Under the pieces are notes generated by a model. That model was not told the origin of the DNA. It was given only the letters and a program-made list of their open reading frames with translations, and did not search any database. A stretch of DNA of 64,000 nucleotides, taken from Bacteroidota bacterium (lineage in GTDB: Bacteria > Bacteroidota > Ignavibacteria > 0-14-0-80-59-12). Below, in pieces: positions 1-12,000 of the stretch (position 1 is the stretch's first letter; each line of letters begins with the position of its first letter). The stretch is from contig JBMFJZ010000005.1 in assembly GCA_049973045.1 (NCBI GenBank), positions 71,966 through 135,965 on the forward strand, given 5' to 3'. Made by a program: the position numbers and the translations under genes.

Positions 1-560
1 AAATCAATCTCCGTTGCGTTTACAATGAGAAGCGAAGAAGCTTTGTAACGGAAGAAAAAGTAGTTATATGCCTCATTCAAGTCACGTAGGTACTGTTCAG
101 AAATATTTCGCTCAAAATTTCGACCTCGCTTCCTGATGTTTTCCATAAGACGTTCAACACTTGACTGGAGATAAATCACCAAGTCTGGCGTAGGGATGTT
201 TTTCTCCAGGTATCCGATAATGTTCTCGTAGAGCTTCAGCTCTTCATCCTGAAGATTGAGATAGGCAAAAATTTTATCTTTTTCAAACATGTAGTCAGTT
301 ACTACGAACTGATGGAACAAATCGGCTTGAAACAACTCCTGTTGTTGTCTATATCGGCTCAGGAGAAAAAACATTTGTGTCTGAAAGGCATATCGCTCAG
401 GATCTTCATAGAACAGTGGAAGGAAGGGATTCTCTTCAAATTTTTCCAGGATCACCTTCGCGTTAAGACGTTCCCCCAGCATTGCAGCAAGGCTTGTTTT
501 TCCTACCCCGATATTCCCTTCAATCGCTATGTAGCGGATTTCGCTTTCTATGAGTGTCAC
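1..560 (-). CDS. deoxynucleoside kinase, N-terminal ~186 aa (gene runs off the left window edge)
   Basis: Absent from the ORF track because it is open to the edge. Hand translation of the minus strand from GTG at 560 gives VTLIESEIRYIAIEGNIGVGKTSLAAMLGERLNAKVILEKFEENPF..., with the P-loop GNIGxGKT typical of dNK/dGK family kinases. The + strand ORF 312..563 is its antisense shadow. Confidence 0.75.
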   Translation of the reverse strand, partial: MTLIESEIRYIAIEGNIGVGKTSLAAMLGERLNAKVILEKFEENPFLPLFYEDPERYAFQTQMFFLLSRYRQQQELFQADLFHQFVVTDYMFEKDKIFAYLNLQDEELKLYENIIGYLEKNIPTPDLVIYLQSSVERLMENIRKRGRNFERNISEQYLRDLNEAYNYFFFRYKASSLLIVNATEID

Positions 561-578
561 TAAAATCTCTGCCGCTTA

Positions 579-1085
579 TCAGACAAATGGCACCAGAGGC
601 GCCACAAATGGACGTACCCAATGCTTATCTTCACAGTGCAGAAGAAGCTCACGTACAGGAAGTCGAAGTTCCGGATGCATGATCTGAGGTGCAATATCTG
701 CAAGCGGAACAAGTACAAACCGACGTCGGTGCATCTCTGGATGTGGGATAGAGAGGACCTCCGTAGTTATGATGAGGTCATCGTATAGCAAGATATCAAT
801 GTCGATTTCACGCGGTCCCCAGCGCGGCGACGCTGTTCGGCCTACTGAAACCTCAATTGCTTTCACTGTGGAAAGGAGACACAGCGGTTGCATCCCTGTC
901 TCAAATGCGAGGACAAGATTCAGAAAGCTCGGTTGAGAAATCGAACTCACAGGCTCGGTTTCATAGACAGGTGAGATTTTAAGGATATGGCAAGAGGGCA
1001 AATTTGAGAGAGCGATGATTGCCCTGCGCAAATAAAGCAGGCGGTCGCCTAAGTTTGAGCCAACGGAGAGAAAAACATGTGCCAT
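579..1085 (-). CDS. folK: 2-amino-4-hydroxy-6-hydroxymethyldihydropteridine diphosphokinase (HPPK)
   Basis: 168 aa with HPPK signatures VFLSVGSNLGDR, YETEPV, REIDIDILLYDD and IPHPEMHRRRFVLVPL. Confidence 0.9.
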   Translation of the reverse strand: MAHVFLSVGSNLGDRLLYLRRAIIALSNLPSCHILKISPVYETEPVSSISQPSFLNLVLAFETGMQPLCLLSTVKAIEVSVGRTASPRWGPREIDIDILLYDDLIITTEVLSIPHPEMHRRRFVLVPLADIAPQIMHPELRLPVRELLLHCEDKHWVRPFVAPLVPFV

Positions 1086-1086
1086 G

Positions 1087-1470
1087 TCAAGATCGCGTTT
1101 CGGAGAATTCAGCCTCGACGTAATCGATCACTCCTTTGATCGGTACATGACGCTTTCGCACCCTGACAACCACCCGATTCACCTTGCTGAATTCCCTCAA
1201 AAGCTCCTTCGCAATTGTCCGTGCTACTGTTTCGATCAAATAATACTTCCTGCCGGTAACGATATTTTCAATGAAGCTGTACACGCGCTCATAATTAACC
1301 GTCTGTTTAAGGCTATCCGACTCAGCCGCGGGAACAAAATCACAGTAGAGATCGACATCAACCTCAAATTTCCCACCAAGATTTTGTTCATCAGATATCG
1401 TCCCATGGTATGCATAAAACGTAGCATTCCGTAAACGAATTACGCTATAGTCAATTGTCATCGCATACAA
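1087..1470 (-). CDS. folB: dihydroneopterin aldolase
   Basis: 127 aa with a FolB-like core (FYAYHG..DEQNLGGKFEVDVDL). It ends 1 nt before folK, the classical folB-folK arrangement. Confidence 0.8.
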   Translation of the reverse strand: MYAMTIDYSVIRLRNATFYAYHGTISDEQNLGGKFEVDVDLYCDFVPAAESDSLKQTVNYERVYSFIENIVTGRKYYLIETVARTIAKELLREFSKVNRVVVRVRKRHVPIKGVIDYVEAEFSETRS

Positions 1471-1560
1471 GCCATGAAATTGTGCAAAATATATTCATTT
1501 GCCTGAGAAGAAGCAAGCGGGAAATTGTTCTTCTGTCCAATGGAAACCTCTCGTGCCCAA

Positions 1561-3267
1561 TCAGGACTGAGACTTCTCGATCTTCGCCCACGTATCTCGC
1601 AACGTCACAGCCCTGTTGAATATAAGTTTTCCGTCTCTTGAGTCATAGTCCACGCAAAAGTAGCCGAGCCTTTCAAATTGAAATCGATCCTGGGGTTTTG
1701 CTTTCGCTAAAAACGGTTCCGCTTTACATCCGTTGAGAATCTCTAAAGAATCTGGATTTATGTGCTCCCTCCAGTCATCTCCGCTCGGATCTTTTACGTT
1801 GAATAGTCTGTCATACAGTCTGGCTTCTATGTCAATTGCATGTTCGGCAGAAACCCAGTGAATCGTTCCTTTCACTTTGCGTGAGCTGGCAGGCGTTCCA
1901 CTTCGGGTTTCCGGATCATAAGTGCAATGTACTTCTATCACCTCTCCTGTATTCGCGTCTTTTACCACGCCGACGCATTTTATTATATATGCATAACGAA
2001 GCCGAACCTCAGCACCCGGGGAGAGTCTAAAATATCCTTTAGGCGGATTTTCACGGAAGTCATCACGTTCAATGTAAAGGACCCTTGAGAATGGAACTTT
2101 GCGCGTGCCCATGGAGGGATCTTCAGGATTGTTCACCGCGTCAAGTTCCTCTGTAATTCCTTCGGGGTAATTGTCGATCACAAGCCTTAAAGGACGAAGC
2201 ACAACCATTGCACGCTGCGCGCGCTTATTCAAGTCATCCCGTAGGCAATCTTCCAGAACTGATACATCGATCATGCTATCGGCTTTTGAAACACCAATAC
2301 GCTCTGCGAACATTCTGATAGATTCCGGCGTGTATCCCCGGCGACGCAATCCGGAAATTGTAGGCATACGTGGATCATCCCATCCGTTTACGTATCCTTC
2401 CTGAACCAATTGTAGAAGCCGCCTCTTACTCATCACAGTGTATGTTAAGTTTAGCCTGGCAAATTCAATTTGCCTCGGATGGTGAATGCCAAGTTCATCA
2501 AGGAACCAATTATACAGGGGGCGGTGGTCTTCAAATTCGAGAGTACAAATGGAATGTGTGATGCCTTCGATTGAATCAGACTGCCCATGCGCCCAGTCGT
2601 ACGTTGGATAAATGCACCACTCGTCACCCGTGCGATGATGCTTGGCATGAAGAATGCGGTACATTACCGGGTCACGCATATTCAGATTCGGAGATGACAT
2701 ATCGATTTTTGCCCTGAGTGTCTTTGAACCATCAGGGAACTCCCCTTTGCGCATTCGTTCAAATAAATCAAGATTCTCTTCTATGCTGCGGTTACGATAT
2801 GGGCTTTCTTTGCCAGGCTCAGTTAGCGTTCCACGGTATTCCCGAATTTCGTCAGGACTAAGATCACACACATAAGCCTTGCCCTTCTTGATTAACTGGA
2901 CTGCATACTCATACAGCTTCTCAAAATAGTCTGAGGCATAGTACAGCCTATCACCCCAGTCGAACCCGAGCCATTTCACATCGTTTTTAATTGACTCAAC
3001 ATACTCTATATCCTCCTTTGTAGGATTTGTATCGTCAAACCGCAAATTGCATAGCCCACCATAATCTTCTGCAAGTCCAAAATTAAGACAAATAGATTTT
3101 GCGTGGCCTATGTGCAAATACCCATTTGGCTCAGGAGGAAACCGGGTGTGAACCTTCGTGTATTTACCTGACTTCAAATCTTCATCTATGATCTCGCGAA
3201 TGAAATTCCTTCGCTCAGTGGCTTCACGTCTCGAATCTTGCACCTTTTGATTCTTGCTTTTGTCCAT
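1561..3267 (-). CDS. glnS: glutamine--tRNA ligase
   Basis: 568 aa with class I HIGH region [17 protein letters not shown], a KMSKS-type VMSKR motif and a GlnRS-type C-terminal anticodon-binding region. Confidence 0.93.
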   Translation of the reverse strand: MDKSKNQKVQDSRREATERRNFIREIIDEDLKSGKYTKVHTRFPPEPNGYLHIGHAKSICLNFGLAEDYGGLCNLRFDDTNPTKEDIEYVESIKNDVKWLGFDWGDRLYYASDYFEKLYEYAVQLIKKGKAYVCDLSPDEIREYRGTLTEPGKESPYRNRSIEENLDLFERMRKGEFPDGSKTLRAKIDMSSPNLNMRDPVMYRILHAKHHRTGDEWCIYPTYDWAHGQSDSIEGITHSICTLEFEDHRPLYNWFLDELGIHHPRQIEFARLNLTYTVMSKRRLLQLVQEGYVNGWDDPRMPTISGLRRRGYTPESIRMFAERIGVSKADSMIDVSVLEDCLRDDLNKRAQRAMVVLRPLRLVIDNYPEGITEELDAVNNPEDPSMGTRKVPFSRVLYIERDDFRENPPKGYFRLSPGAEVRLRYAYIIKCVGVVKDANTGEVIEVHCTYDPETRSGTPASSRKVKGTIHWVSAEHAIDIEARLYDRLFNVKDPSGDDWREHINPDSLEILNGCKAEPFLAKAKPQDRFQFERLGYFCVDYDSRDGKLIFNRAVTLRDTWAKIEKSQS

Positions 3268-3271
3268 GCTC

Positions 3272-4723
3272 TTACTTCAGTCTTTGAATTGCAAGATCAA
3301 TTCTTCGCAACGTCTCATCTTTTCCGAGAATATAAAGTATGTCGAACAATCCCGGACCTTCGCCTTTACCTGAAACCGCGAGTCTTAAAGGATGTATCAG
3401 CTCACCCTTCCCAACTTTCAGCCTATCTGCCACAAGCTGCAATGCTGCTTCATAGTCGGACTTCTGTGGATCTGAAAGTTTAGCAAATTCTTCTGAAACA
3501 GCTTTTAAATATCCTGCACTTTCTTTTTTCCAGCGTTTCTTAACCGTTGCTTCATCGTATTCTACTGGTTCCTTGAAGAAATAAGGACTTTTTTCCAAGA
3601 ATTCACGGACGAACGACACACGATCGCGCATCACTGTTATTACTTTCAATAAATATTCATCGTCAAAACTCTTTGTATTTAGCGACGACTTGCTGAGATG
3701 TTCTTTCAGCATCGCAAGAACTTCGACATCGGGCTTACGCCGAAGGTGCTGGAAATTTAGCCAATTAAGCTTCTCAATGTTAAAGATTGCACCCGATTTA
3801 TTGACTCGTTCAAGCGAGAATTCTCTTTGTAGCTCATCAAGGGTAAGAATTTCTCTGTCATCTCCCGGATTCCAACCGAGCAGTGCAACAAAATTAACAA
3901 GAGCCTCTTTTAAATAACCTTTCGCGCGATACTCTTCGACCGCAACATCACCTTGTCTTTTGCTCAACTTAGACCTATCGGGATTAAGGAGAAGTGGAAG
4001 GTGTGCAAACTGAGGCTTCTCCCACCCGAAGAACTCGTATAAAAGAACATGTTTGGGTGTACTCGATAACCACTCCTCTCCGCGTATTACATGCGTTATT
4101 CCCATGAGATGATCGTCGACAACATTTGCCAGATGATACGTCGGATAACCGTCAGATTTCAACAGGACCTGATCATCAAGAGTATCGCTTTGGAATTCGA
4201 TTTCCCCGCGGATGAGATCATGGAAACGGACGATCGAGGATTCAGGCATTTTCATTCGAATGGCATAAGGGACACCTGAGTCTATCTTCTGCTGGATTTC
4301 GGTTGCGCTCAGCCGTAAGCAAGTGCGATCATACTTCGATGGGATGCCACGCCGCTGTTGCTCCCTGCGCATGGTCTCCAGACGCTCCTCAGAGCAAAAG
4401 CACCGGTAGGCTTTCCCCTGCTCGAGGAGCATTTGTGCATATTGGCGATATAATTCAAGTCGCTCGGACTGAATGTACGGTCCAAAGGCTCCTCCTTTGT
4501 CGGGACCCTCATCGTACTCAATGCCTGCCCATCGGAGGGTTTCGATAAGATTCTCAACAGCGCCCTTAACATATCGAGTACGGTCAGTATCCTCAATTCG
4601 GAGAATAAACGAGCCACCATATTTCCTTGCGAAAAGGAAATTGTACAATGCTGTACGCAATCCGCCCACGTGAAGATAGCCCGTAGGGCTTGGGGCAAAC
4701 CGCACACGTACTTTGCCAGTCAT
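3272..4723 (-). CDS. gltX: glutamate--tRNA ligase
   Basis: ORF 3272..4792. HIGH region is [19 protein letters not shown] and the KMSKS-type motif is KLSKRQG. The start is more likely MTGKVRVRF at 4723 than the upstream 23-aa extension. Confidence 0.92.
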   Translation of the reverse strand: MTGKVRVRFAPSPTGYLHVGGLRTALYNFLFARKYGGSFILRIEDTDRTRYVKGAVENLIETLRWAGIEYDEGPDKGGAFGPYIQSERLELYRQYAQMLLEQGKAYRCFCSEERLETMRREQQRRGIPSKYDRTCLRLSATEIQQKIDSGVPYAIRMKMPESSIVRFHDLIRGEIEFQSDTLDDQVLLKSDGYPTYHLANVVDDHLMGITHVIRGEEWLSSTPKHVLLYEFFGWEKPQFAHLPLLLNPDRSKLSKRQGDVAVEEYRAKGYLKEALVNFVALLGWNPGDDREILTLDELQREFSLERVNKSGAIFNIEKLNWLNFQHLRRKPDVEVLAMLKEHLSKSSLNTKSFDDEYLLKVITVMRDRVSFVREFLEKSPYFFKEPVEYDEATVKKRWKKESAGYLKAVSEEFAKLSDPQKSDYEAALQLVADRLKVGKGELIHPLRLAVSGKGEGPGLFDILYILGKDETLRRIDLAIQRLK

Positions 4724-4837
4724 AGAAGCATTCCCCCGCTCACTCAGCAAAAAGCCGCGGCAACTGCGCGGCAACAGAAAATATACAAACACCCTTACGG
4801 AAATGCAAAGGAGGCAGAAAATCGATCGAAGCCGAAA

Positions 4838-5830
4838 TTATACTATCAGCCGAAACACTCTGTATGCAATCGCTGCAATTATACCGGAGCCGGGAATGGT
4901 TAAAATCCATGTTACGACAATGTTCCCGACAGTTCCCCAGTTTACTCTATTTGGCTTCTCAGCAGCGCCAACGCCAACAATGGCTGTTGAGATAACGTGG
5001 GTGGTGCTGATAGGAGCACCCAGCAGAGTATTCAGCAAAATGACAATGGCTGAAGACGTTTCTGCACTGAAGCCATGGACTGGGTGCAATTTCACAACCC
5101 TGATCCCCATTGTCCGAATGACGTTCCACCCGCCGGTGTACGTCCCCAACCCCATGAAGAAAGCTGATCCAAGTATAACCCACTTCGGTACTTCAAACGT
5201 TGGGATAAGTTTTCCTGCCACAAGCGCCATCGTAATAATCCCCATAGCATTCTGAGTATCATTTGCTCCGTGGCTCAACGCCATGAAAGCGGCGGAAAGA
5301 ATCTGCGCTCTTCGAAATGTTTGATTCGCTGTGTAGGGTTTCGCATACCTCGCCAGTCTCATCATAGCTACAAGCATCAAGAAGCCGAAGAAAAAACCAG
5401 CCACCGGAGAAATGATCATCGCAGTTACGACCAAACTGATACCTTTCATTTCCAGTGCACCGGAGCCATGACTGGCGATAACAGCTCCAACAATTCCCCC
5501 AACGAGTGCGTGGGTTATGCTAATTGGAATGCCGCTGTGCGTTGCCACAGCCGACCACCCAATAGCACCAACAAGAGAGGCGATTACAATGTAAAAATCG
5601 ACAACCGCAGGATCAACGAGCCCTTTGCCAATTGTCTTGGCAACTTGAGTGGTGATAAATGCGCCAAGAATATTCATCAAAAAAGCCATGAAGATGGCCT
5701 GGCGTGGCGTTAGTGCCCTCGTCGAGACACTCGTTGCGATAGAATTGGCGCAGTCATTCATGCCATTGTAAAAATCATACGTCCAGGCAAGAAGCACGAT
5801 AACGATGATTGGTAGAAAAGTAAGAGACAT
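4838..5830 (-). CDS. inorganic phosphate transporter, PiT family
   Basis: 330-aa polytopic membrane protein with the duplicated PiT signature (GMNDCANSIATSVSTRAL and SHGANDTQNAMGII). Confidence 0.9.
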   Translation of the reverse strand: MSLTFLPIIVIVLLAWTYDFYNGMNDCANSIATSVSTRALTPRQAIFMAFLMNILGAFITTQVAKTIGKGLVDPAVVDFYIVIASLVGAIGWSAVATHSGIPISITHALVGGIVGAVIASHGSGALEMKGISLVVTAMIISPVAGFFFGFLMLVAMMRLARYAKPYTANQTFRRAQILSAAFMALSHGANDTQNAMGIITMALVAGKLIPTFEVPKWVILGSAFFMGLGTYTGGWNVIRTMGIRVVKLHPVHGFSAETSSAIVILLNTLLGAPISTTHVISTAIVGVGAAEKPNRVNWGTVGNIVVTWILTIPGSGIIAAIAYRVFRLIV

Positions 5831-5862
5831 AGGACTCTAATCGGTGTTCGGTAAGCTGATCC

Positions 5863-6486
5863 TCACACCCCTTTCACAATGATTCCCTCGATGAGGTTCG
5901 CTATATCTTCGCACTGGTCAATAGCATCTTCCAGAGCTTCGTAGATTTCCTTCATCCGCACAAAATTGAATGCATCGACATGGTTTGTAACCAGTTCCTC
6001 AATTGCGGTACGGAACGCAAAGTCACCCTCGTTCTCCAACCTATTAATCTCAATACAATATGAGAGAATGCGGTCAGCGTGTCTCGGATCCCTCAATTCG
6101 CGCACAGCCTTTTGGATAGTAAGAGTCGACTTCATAATGATTTCTGCCATGTGCTCCATGTGCTTAGTTGGCTGCGTCACGTGGTAGATCCGAGCCTTGC
6201 CGATCGCTGCCTCGATAAGATCAACTATTTCATCGATGCCGTGGGTTAGTGCAAGAATGTCTTCTCGATCCAGCGGCGTAATAAAACTTCGATTAAGCTT
6301 GCTGATAATTTCATGGGCTGTGATATCGGCTTCATGCTCCAGTTCACCAAATGTCTCAGCATGTTCTTGAAGATGAACAAAATCCCTTGATGCCTTTTGC
6401 AAAAGTTTACCCGCTTCAACCAACTCACTAGTCTGGCGGTCAAAGAGATCAAAAAATCCCTTGTCCTTTGGAATCAATGACATCAT
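5863..6486 (-). CDS. DUF47 / PhoU-like phosphate-transport accessory protein
   Basis: 207-aa all-helical protein (EHEADITAHEI...DREDI...ENEGD) immediately upstream of the PiT gene. This is the usual DUF47-Pit pairing. Confidence 0.8.
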   Translation of the reverse strand: MMSLIPKDKGFFDLFDRQTSELVEAGKLLQKASRDFVHLQEHAETFGELEHEADITAHEIISKLNRSFITPLDREDILALTHGIDEIVDLIEAAIGKARIYHVTQPTKHMEHMAEIIMKSTLTIQKAVRELRDPRHADRILSYCIEINRLENEGDFAFRTAIEELVTNHVDAFNFVRMKEIYEALEDAIDQCEDIANLIEGIIVKGV

Positions 6487-6532
6487 TCCTCCACCTAAGA
6501 CAACCTTAAGAATTATCCATCCAATCAGTTCA

Positions 6533-7774
6533 TTATAGCGAGAAATCTATGCTCAGCGAAATTGCGTAACCATCGTACTTATTATATTCATCGTTCGACC
6601 AATTTCGAACATAGGAAGAACCTACAGCAATCGTCATCGAGGATGAACCAACGTTGATGTCACGGCTCAAAACAATTTCAAGGGTGCGCCTGACATCTTC
6701 CCGCTGCGGCGCGATTTGACTTCCATCTAAAGAAAGAGCAGGGCGGGAGTAAGCTTTGGTAATATACTCACCTCCGATATCAGCAGAAATATCCCAGGCA
6801 ACCCGCATGTGTACACCGCCGCTGAATTCATGACTCTGATACATATACCGATCGTCGTAAATATCTTCATCTGCACCAAAACCGCAGGGCTGCTGTGAAA
6901 TGTAGCGGGCTGCGTTCACCGGGTTCGTTCGACGATGATATGCGGCGAAGAAAGAGTAGCGCCCCTGGCGCCAATACTGAGCAATACCCCCTCCAAACAC
7001 AACCTGCGATACCGAAGGAGACTCAACTGCTGCAATGAAAATCTTTTCTTGACCTGCCTGCGGATTCATGAATCCCCCCTTCCCTTTCCCTCGCCCTTTT
7101 CCAGGCTGCTTGAACCTTGTTGTATCGTAGGTTGTCGTCAGATAAGCTTTGTAGCCTGCCCCAGCATCAACGAACAACCGCGTTGCACCACCGATGCCGA
7201 ACATCCCTTGAATGGCAACGTTATTTTCAAGATTGTTTACCTCTGGGACGTTTGTAAAATTTTTGTAGATAATCGTGTAGATCCCTCGCAAGGCTGACTT
7301 CGCCCCAACTGCATATCGGAGTTCAACCGTCCCAGAGCCCAGGTAGTGGTCGTAGAGATCGAAGGTCGTTTTGTCGAAGCGCCCAAGGCCCTTCAAGGAA
7401 ACCATTAGCAGATGAAACGTCGTATCAACTAACCCAGCCCGGGGTTCCTCCTCGTCCTCCTCATCATCCTCCTTGCCAAATGTAAACATAGAAGAAAGAT
7501 TCAAGGCATGAAGTTGAAAATCATGGTCGGCATATGTCCGAAATGCCGTATAGCTCCCCGTATAGCTGGTGGTGACAGTCCACGAGTTGCCGCCGAAATC
7601 TTTTCCCAAGTTGAGGCTTGCTAATCCGACAAGATCGGGTGACTTCTCATAATTTCCGAGGACATTCGCATCATACTGTGTGAAGACCGATGCGCCTACA
7701 TTGATCTGTGCAAAACCGGTCGTTGCACACAGAAACAGTGCTACCGTCAGATGTTTCATCTTCAGCTCCATCAC
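6533..7774 (-). CDS. predicted outer-membrane beta-barrel protein (first gene downstream of the GT2 synthase)
   Basis: 413 aa with signal peptide MKHLTVALFLCATTGFAQ and alternating beta-strand pattern throughout. It has an acidic loop EDDEEDEEE and a Gly/Lys loop GKGRGKGKGG. Its start overlaps the GT2 stop (ATGA at 7771..7774). Confidence 0.55.
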   Translation of the reverse strand: MMELKMKHLTVALFLCATTGFAQINVGASVFTQYDANVLGNYEKSPDLVGLASLNLGKDFGGNSWTVTTSYTGSYTAFRTYADHDFQLHALNLSSMFTFGKEDDEEDEEEPRAGLVDTTFHLLMVSLKGLGRFDKTTFDLYDHYLGSGTVELRYAVGAKSALRGIYTIIYKNFTNVPEVNNLENNVAIQGMFGIGGATRLFVDAGAGYKAYLTTTYDTTRFKQPGKGRGKGKGGFMNPQAGQEKIFIAAVESPSVSQVVFGGGIAQYWRQGRYSFFAAYHRRTNPVNAARYISQQPCGFGADEDIYDDRYMYQSHEFSGGVHMRVAWDISADIGGEYITKAYSRPALSLDGSQIAPQREDVRRTLEIVLSRDINVGSSSMTIAVGSSYVRNWSNDEYNKYDGYAISLSIDFSL

Positions 7775-9048
7775 TTTGGTTGTGGTTCTGTTTCAAATCG
7801 AACAGTCTTTACCCATGTTCGCTTTTCCCGACGGATGAGGTCAAGATACAGCGCCTTGCCAACAACATAGATCCAGAGCTGACAGTAGGTAAAATACATC
7901 AAGATGATAAGCCCTATCTGTTTCAAGTTGTCTTCACGATCATAAGAAAGAGCAAGTAAAATTTCCAGAATGAAAAGTACAAATGCAAGAATCCAAACTG
8001 CGGTATATGGACCTGGCAGTGGAATGGCAACTAATCCAGCAACGCTCAAGATGAAAAGAATATCCGAGATAACAATTGCAAAGAAGAACACGTAGTAGAG
8101 CGAGAGGAGATAGAGGACCTCTACGGCAAGAAATTTGTTTTTGAACTGCGGGATTTCTTTAAAGAATTTTAGTGCGACGTAGTTATTGCCGCGTACCCAG
8201 CGCGTTCGCTGCTTCCTCCACACCTCCCATGTTTCCGGCTCTTGCTCATACGTAACTGCATACGGAATAACTTTAATTTTGTAACCCTTCATGTACACAC
8301 GTATGCTCAGCTCCGAATCTTCTGTGATTGCTTCTTCATCCCATCCCCCGAGCTGTTCGAGGAGCGAGCGTCGGATTACAAAGTTTGTCCCCGGAAGCGT
8401 AGAAACCTTGAACAGCTTCCATCTCCCCGCTTGAAGAATTGACTGAAAACTCAGTGTCTCGACATTAATGAAACGCGTCAGCAGGTTTCGATACCGATTC
8501 CTTGTGCGGAACTTTCCCAAGACTGCGCCAAGCTCTTGATGGAGAATCATTTGAGTCACAAGATACCGTAGTGCTGACGGCTCTGGAGTATTGTCCGCGT
8601 CATATACGGCAATGTATTCAGCATTAGTATGCTTGAGTCCAATATTCAATGCGCGGGATTTCCCCTTCCCTCCCTCTTCCTCAGGAACAATAAGATGGCG
8701 CACGCGAGCATCGCGCCAAGCCATCTCCTCCACAATTACCCCCGTCTCATCTGTTGAACCATCATTGACCACAATAACCTCATATCGATCGGATGGGTAG
8801 TCAAATGCCAGCATAGCCTCAAGCGTACGGCGAATAACCTTCTCTTCATTATGTGCCGGGATCAAGATAGCAACCCGTGGAAAATCGAATTTCATGGCGT
8901 CGATCGCCTTTTTCTCCCTCACGGAATGAACAAAATGAAAATACCCAGCAAGTGTGAGCACTAACTGGTATGCAATCATGAACCAGATGAGGATGACCGC
9001 AACGACAAAGAGGATGCTGAGATCAAGTTGTAGAGCTGTTTCCGTCAT
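7771..9048 (-). CDS. processive family-2 glycosyltransferase (PgaC/IcaA/cellulose-synthase-like)
   Basis: 425 aa with an N-terminal TM helix, GT2 motifs ILIPAHNEE, VVNDGSTDET and YDADN, the Q(R)xRW-type motif QRTRWVRGN, and C-terminal TM helices. Confidence 0.85.
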   Translation of the reverse strand: MTETALQLDLSILFVVAVILIWFMIAYQLVLTLAGYFHFVHSVREKKAIDAMKFDFPRVAILIPAHNEEKVIRRTLEAMLAFDYPSDRYEVIVVNDGSTDETGVIVEEMAWRDARVRHLIVPEEEGGKGKSRALNIGLKHTNAEYIAVYDADNTPEPSALRYLVTQMILHQELGAVLGKFRTRNRYRNLLTRFINVETLSFQSILQAGRWKLFKVSTLPGTNFVIRRSLLEQLGGWDEEAITEDSELSIRVYMKGYKIKVIPYAVTYEQEPETWEVWRKQRTRWVRGNNYVALKFFKEIPQFKNKFLAVEVLYLLSLYYVFFFAIVISDILFILSVAGLVAIPLPGPYTAVWILAFVLFILEILLALSYDREDNLKQIGLIILMYFTYCQLWIYVVGKALYLDLIRREKRTWVKTVRFETEPQPK

Positions 9049-9054
9049 AGGTCT

Positions 9055-12000
9055 TTACAAAAGGGAACGGTAGCGCATGCGAACAACAAGATACAGTATG
9101 AGCAATAGCCCACCTGAAACCAGTCCAAACATGACAATGATGGATGAAGACCAAAAGCTGGTAAAATCAACTCCATATGAGACCGTGCTTTGTGCAACTA
9201 TGAGAACCGTGTGCTCACCTGGAGGAAGCACAAGTGCATATCGACCGTCTCCTTTGAGCGCTTTGAAACTGCTCTCACGTCCGTCGACAAAAAGTGCATA
9301 CGGTTCCTTCGTGAGGGTCACAATGCATCGAGTATCCGAGCGATATCGAAGTTCGACGCTCCGCTGCGAACTCCGTGCAGAAAGTAACTCACCGGTGATG
9401 GAAAGAATGCGCGTCTCAAGAATATCTGGCTGAAACGGGCTCACCACCGAGGGTACCTCACGAATCCGATACGATCCGATCGGGAGAAGAAATTTCCCAT
9501 TTCCAATCGATACCATCCGCTCGTCGCCGCGCCAGATTTCCTGCGTGCCGGCAGCAAGTTGGAGAACAATCGGCGTTGCCGTGTTTACTTCCCAGCCATC
9601 ATCGACCTTTTTTACACTGGTTCGGGCAGCATAGGCATATGGAAGGAGCGACAGATCCTGAGGATTCACACTTGATTCTGCATAGATAACTGCACGCTTT
9701 GCTCCGCACGCAGCAGAATGCACAAGCCAGTAGCTTTCTGTCCCCGTCTGAATCCGAGTCGGGAATGGAGTGATAACAGTATCCGGACGAAATGAAAGTA
9801 TATTGAGATCAAGAGCAAAATCATCGGAATCAAGAAGCGCCCTGTAACGATTGGCAATAGCTTCATATCGCCTCGGATCGTGGGACCACATTGATTCAGG
9901 GTCCTCAATCAGAAGCGTGAATGGATACTTTGCCCTGAGAGGGAGAATTTCTCTAACATCAACACCGAAATTGTTGCGAAGCTCAGGAGCATCCAGATTA
10001 TCCATGACTGTGACAACGATCCGAAATCCTGCTTTGGAATTGCGTATTGAATCAGCCAGCGAGAGAAAAACCTCATGGAGGTTAGTAACCATGCGGACAC
10101 GGTACGTTGTGAAGTCAGATAAGGAGCTCGGATTACTACGCCAGTAGTGTGGGGAACTTGGTTCGAAAAGCTCAATCGGATCAAAGCCATAGGTTCTCCT
10201 GAATTGGTTTCTCGCCGATGGATGCATCGGAGTCATGAGTTTCGGATCTCTCATACCTTGCCCAGCTTCAAAGTAGAGCTCAGCAATGTTCACCCCATCC
10301 CAATCATAGGATACAAGAAGTTTCCGATAGTATTCGAGTGCAGCATCAAGACACGCTCGGTCCGTAAGAGCCACTGGATACCTCCATGAGGGGCGGACGT
10401 CCTCCCCCTTGTAATTTTTCTCCCGCCACTCAGGATGTTCAGTCCAGAATTTCTGGCTCACCTGTGGAGGCTCAAGCCAAGCATACACAAGGATCCCATT
10501 GGCATGGGCAAGTCGGACCAGCCGCGCGTAATCATACGTATACCTCTGATACTCATGCCACCCTGCAACATAAATCACGCGAATCCCCTTAGATGCCCAC
10601 TGCGACACAAGCTGCTCAATGCTAACCGTGTGTCTAAATCCCGGATCAAAATACATTTCGAGTTGTTCACGCCGAACGATGGGACGCAACAGGAGAAATC
10701 GCTCCACATGATAAATAAGATAAGGATACCGGCTGAAGCCACCGTTGCTCATCGGGTCGAATCTCGTTCCAAAGAAAATAAAGCTGCCTCTCCCGTACCT
10801 CCTTCCAATAACCACCGGGGTCTCAGTCTTGTCATCTGTAACCATGATTTCATCGTCGTTCATCGTTTCGAACTTGTTCATCACTTCACTGCGTTGCCAT
10901 CGGAGAAGTTCATCGGGAAATAGCCGGTCTCGAACCCTGTCAATGCGAATCGTTGATTCAAGAAAATGCACGCCGAGTTCCGCAGCAACGGGATTGCGAA
11001 AATCGGTGATGAGGTTCCCCCCTTGTTCCACATACGCCCGCAGCGTCTCAATTTGATCATCGGTCAGTGAGTCAGCAACGTTGTACGGCACGAGGACAAG
11101 ATTATGGTCGCCAAGCTCAATTGTGGTTATCGAGGAGACAGCAAGACTGTCAAGAGGTATGTTAAGAACGAGAAACGCCGACGCAAGGCTTGACTGATCA
11201 TTTTTCGCTCCGCCGGCAGCCCTGGGATCGTAGAGCAGCAAAACGTTTGCCGGAACCTGTGGTTCTTTCGTTCCAAAAATCCGCTGTGCGAGGTTGGAAA
11301 TCCGATATGTCAATTTCTCCCAGAATGAAAGTGCGCGCTCTCGGTACTCCGTCGGTTCCGCTACATATATCCATCCCGGCTCGAGTTTGATTTCCCTTGT
11401 GACTGATTTTTTTAGTCGCTCCAATGAAACTTCGCGTCGGGCAACTTGTCCTTTCTCATCGAGAAAAACCTCCCGAAGATACTGCTCATTCAGCGACAAT
11501 GTGATAGGAGCGCTCCCGCTGAGAATCACACGATCAGCAAACTTCACGATGTTCGTGCTGTCCCGTAAGTCAATGTACGTGTATCCAAGCGACTGAATAC
11601 CATCAACAAGCCGCGCAAGCAAATCCAGATCAAGGAACGGATGGAAAAAGGCTGTGGCAAACCCATCGCGCACTGCAAGATTCACTTTCGCATACGAAAT
11701 GAGCCGATCAACTGCCTCTTCTTCTTTTTGCTTATCTGGCTCAAGTGGAATGTAGCCAAGGTTCTCTGGATAAATTCGCTGTCCGTATATATCCTTGAAA
11801 ATCACGTACGGGAAGTACTGGCTGTAATCCAGACGTTCCAGCACAAGCCGTTGCTCAATCGCTGTGCTAAAATGCTCCGCGAACACGGAGTAGTCAAGCA
11901 TCGATGCACTATAGTGGGGAGTCTCCCACAAAAGCGGATACACACCATTCTTCATGCACTCGTTGATTGCGTCACGCAGCTTTTTCTCAACATATTCCTT

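Noticed and set aside
312-563. 83-aa plus-strand ORF
   Set aside because: It lies antisense to a clear deoxynucleoside kinase reading frame (P-loop GNIGVGKT on the minus strand). It has no recognisable motif and is a shadow ORF.
4713-5255. 180-aa plus-strand ORF overlapping the PiT transporter gene, and the similar 147-aa ORF 5270..5713
   Set aside because: Both are antisense to a strongly supported membrane transporter CDS. Their composition is driven by the opposite strand.
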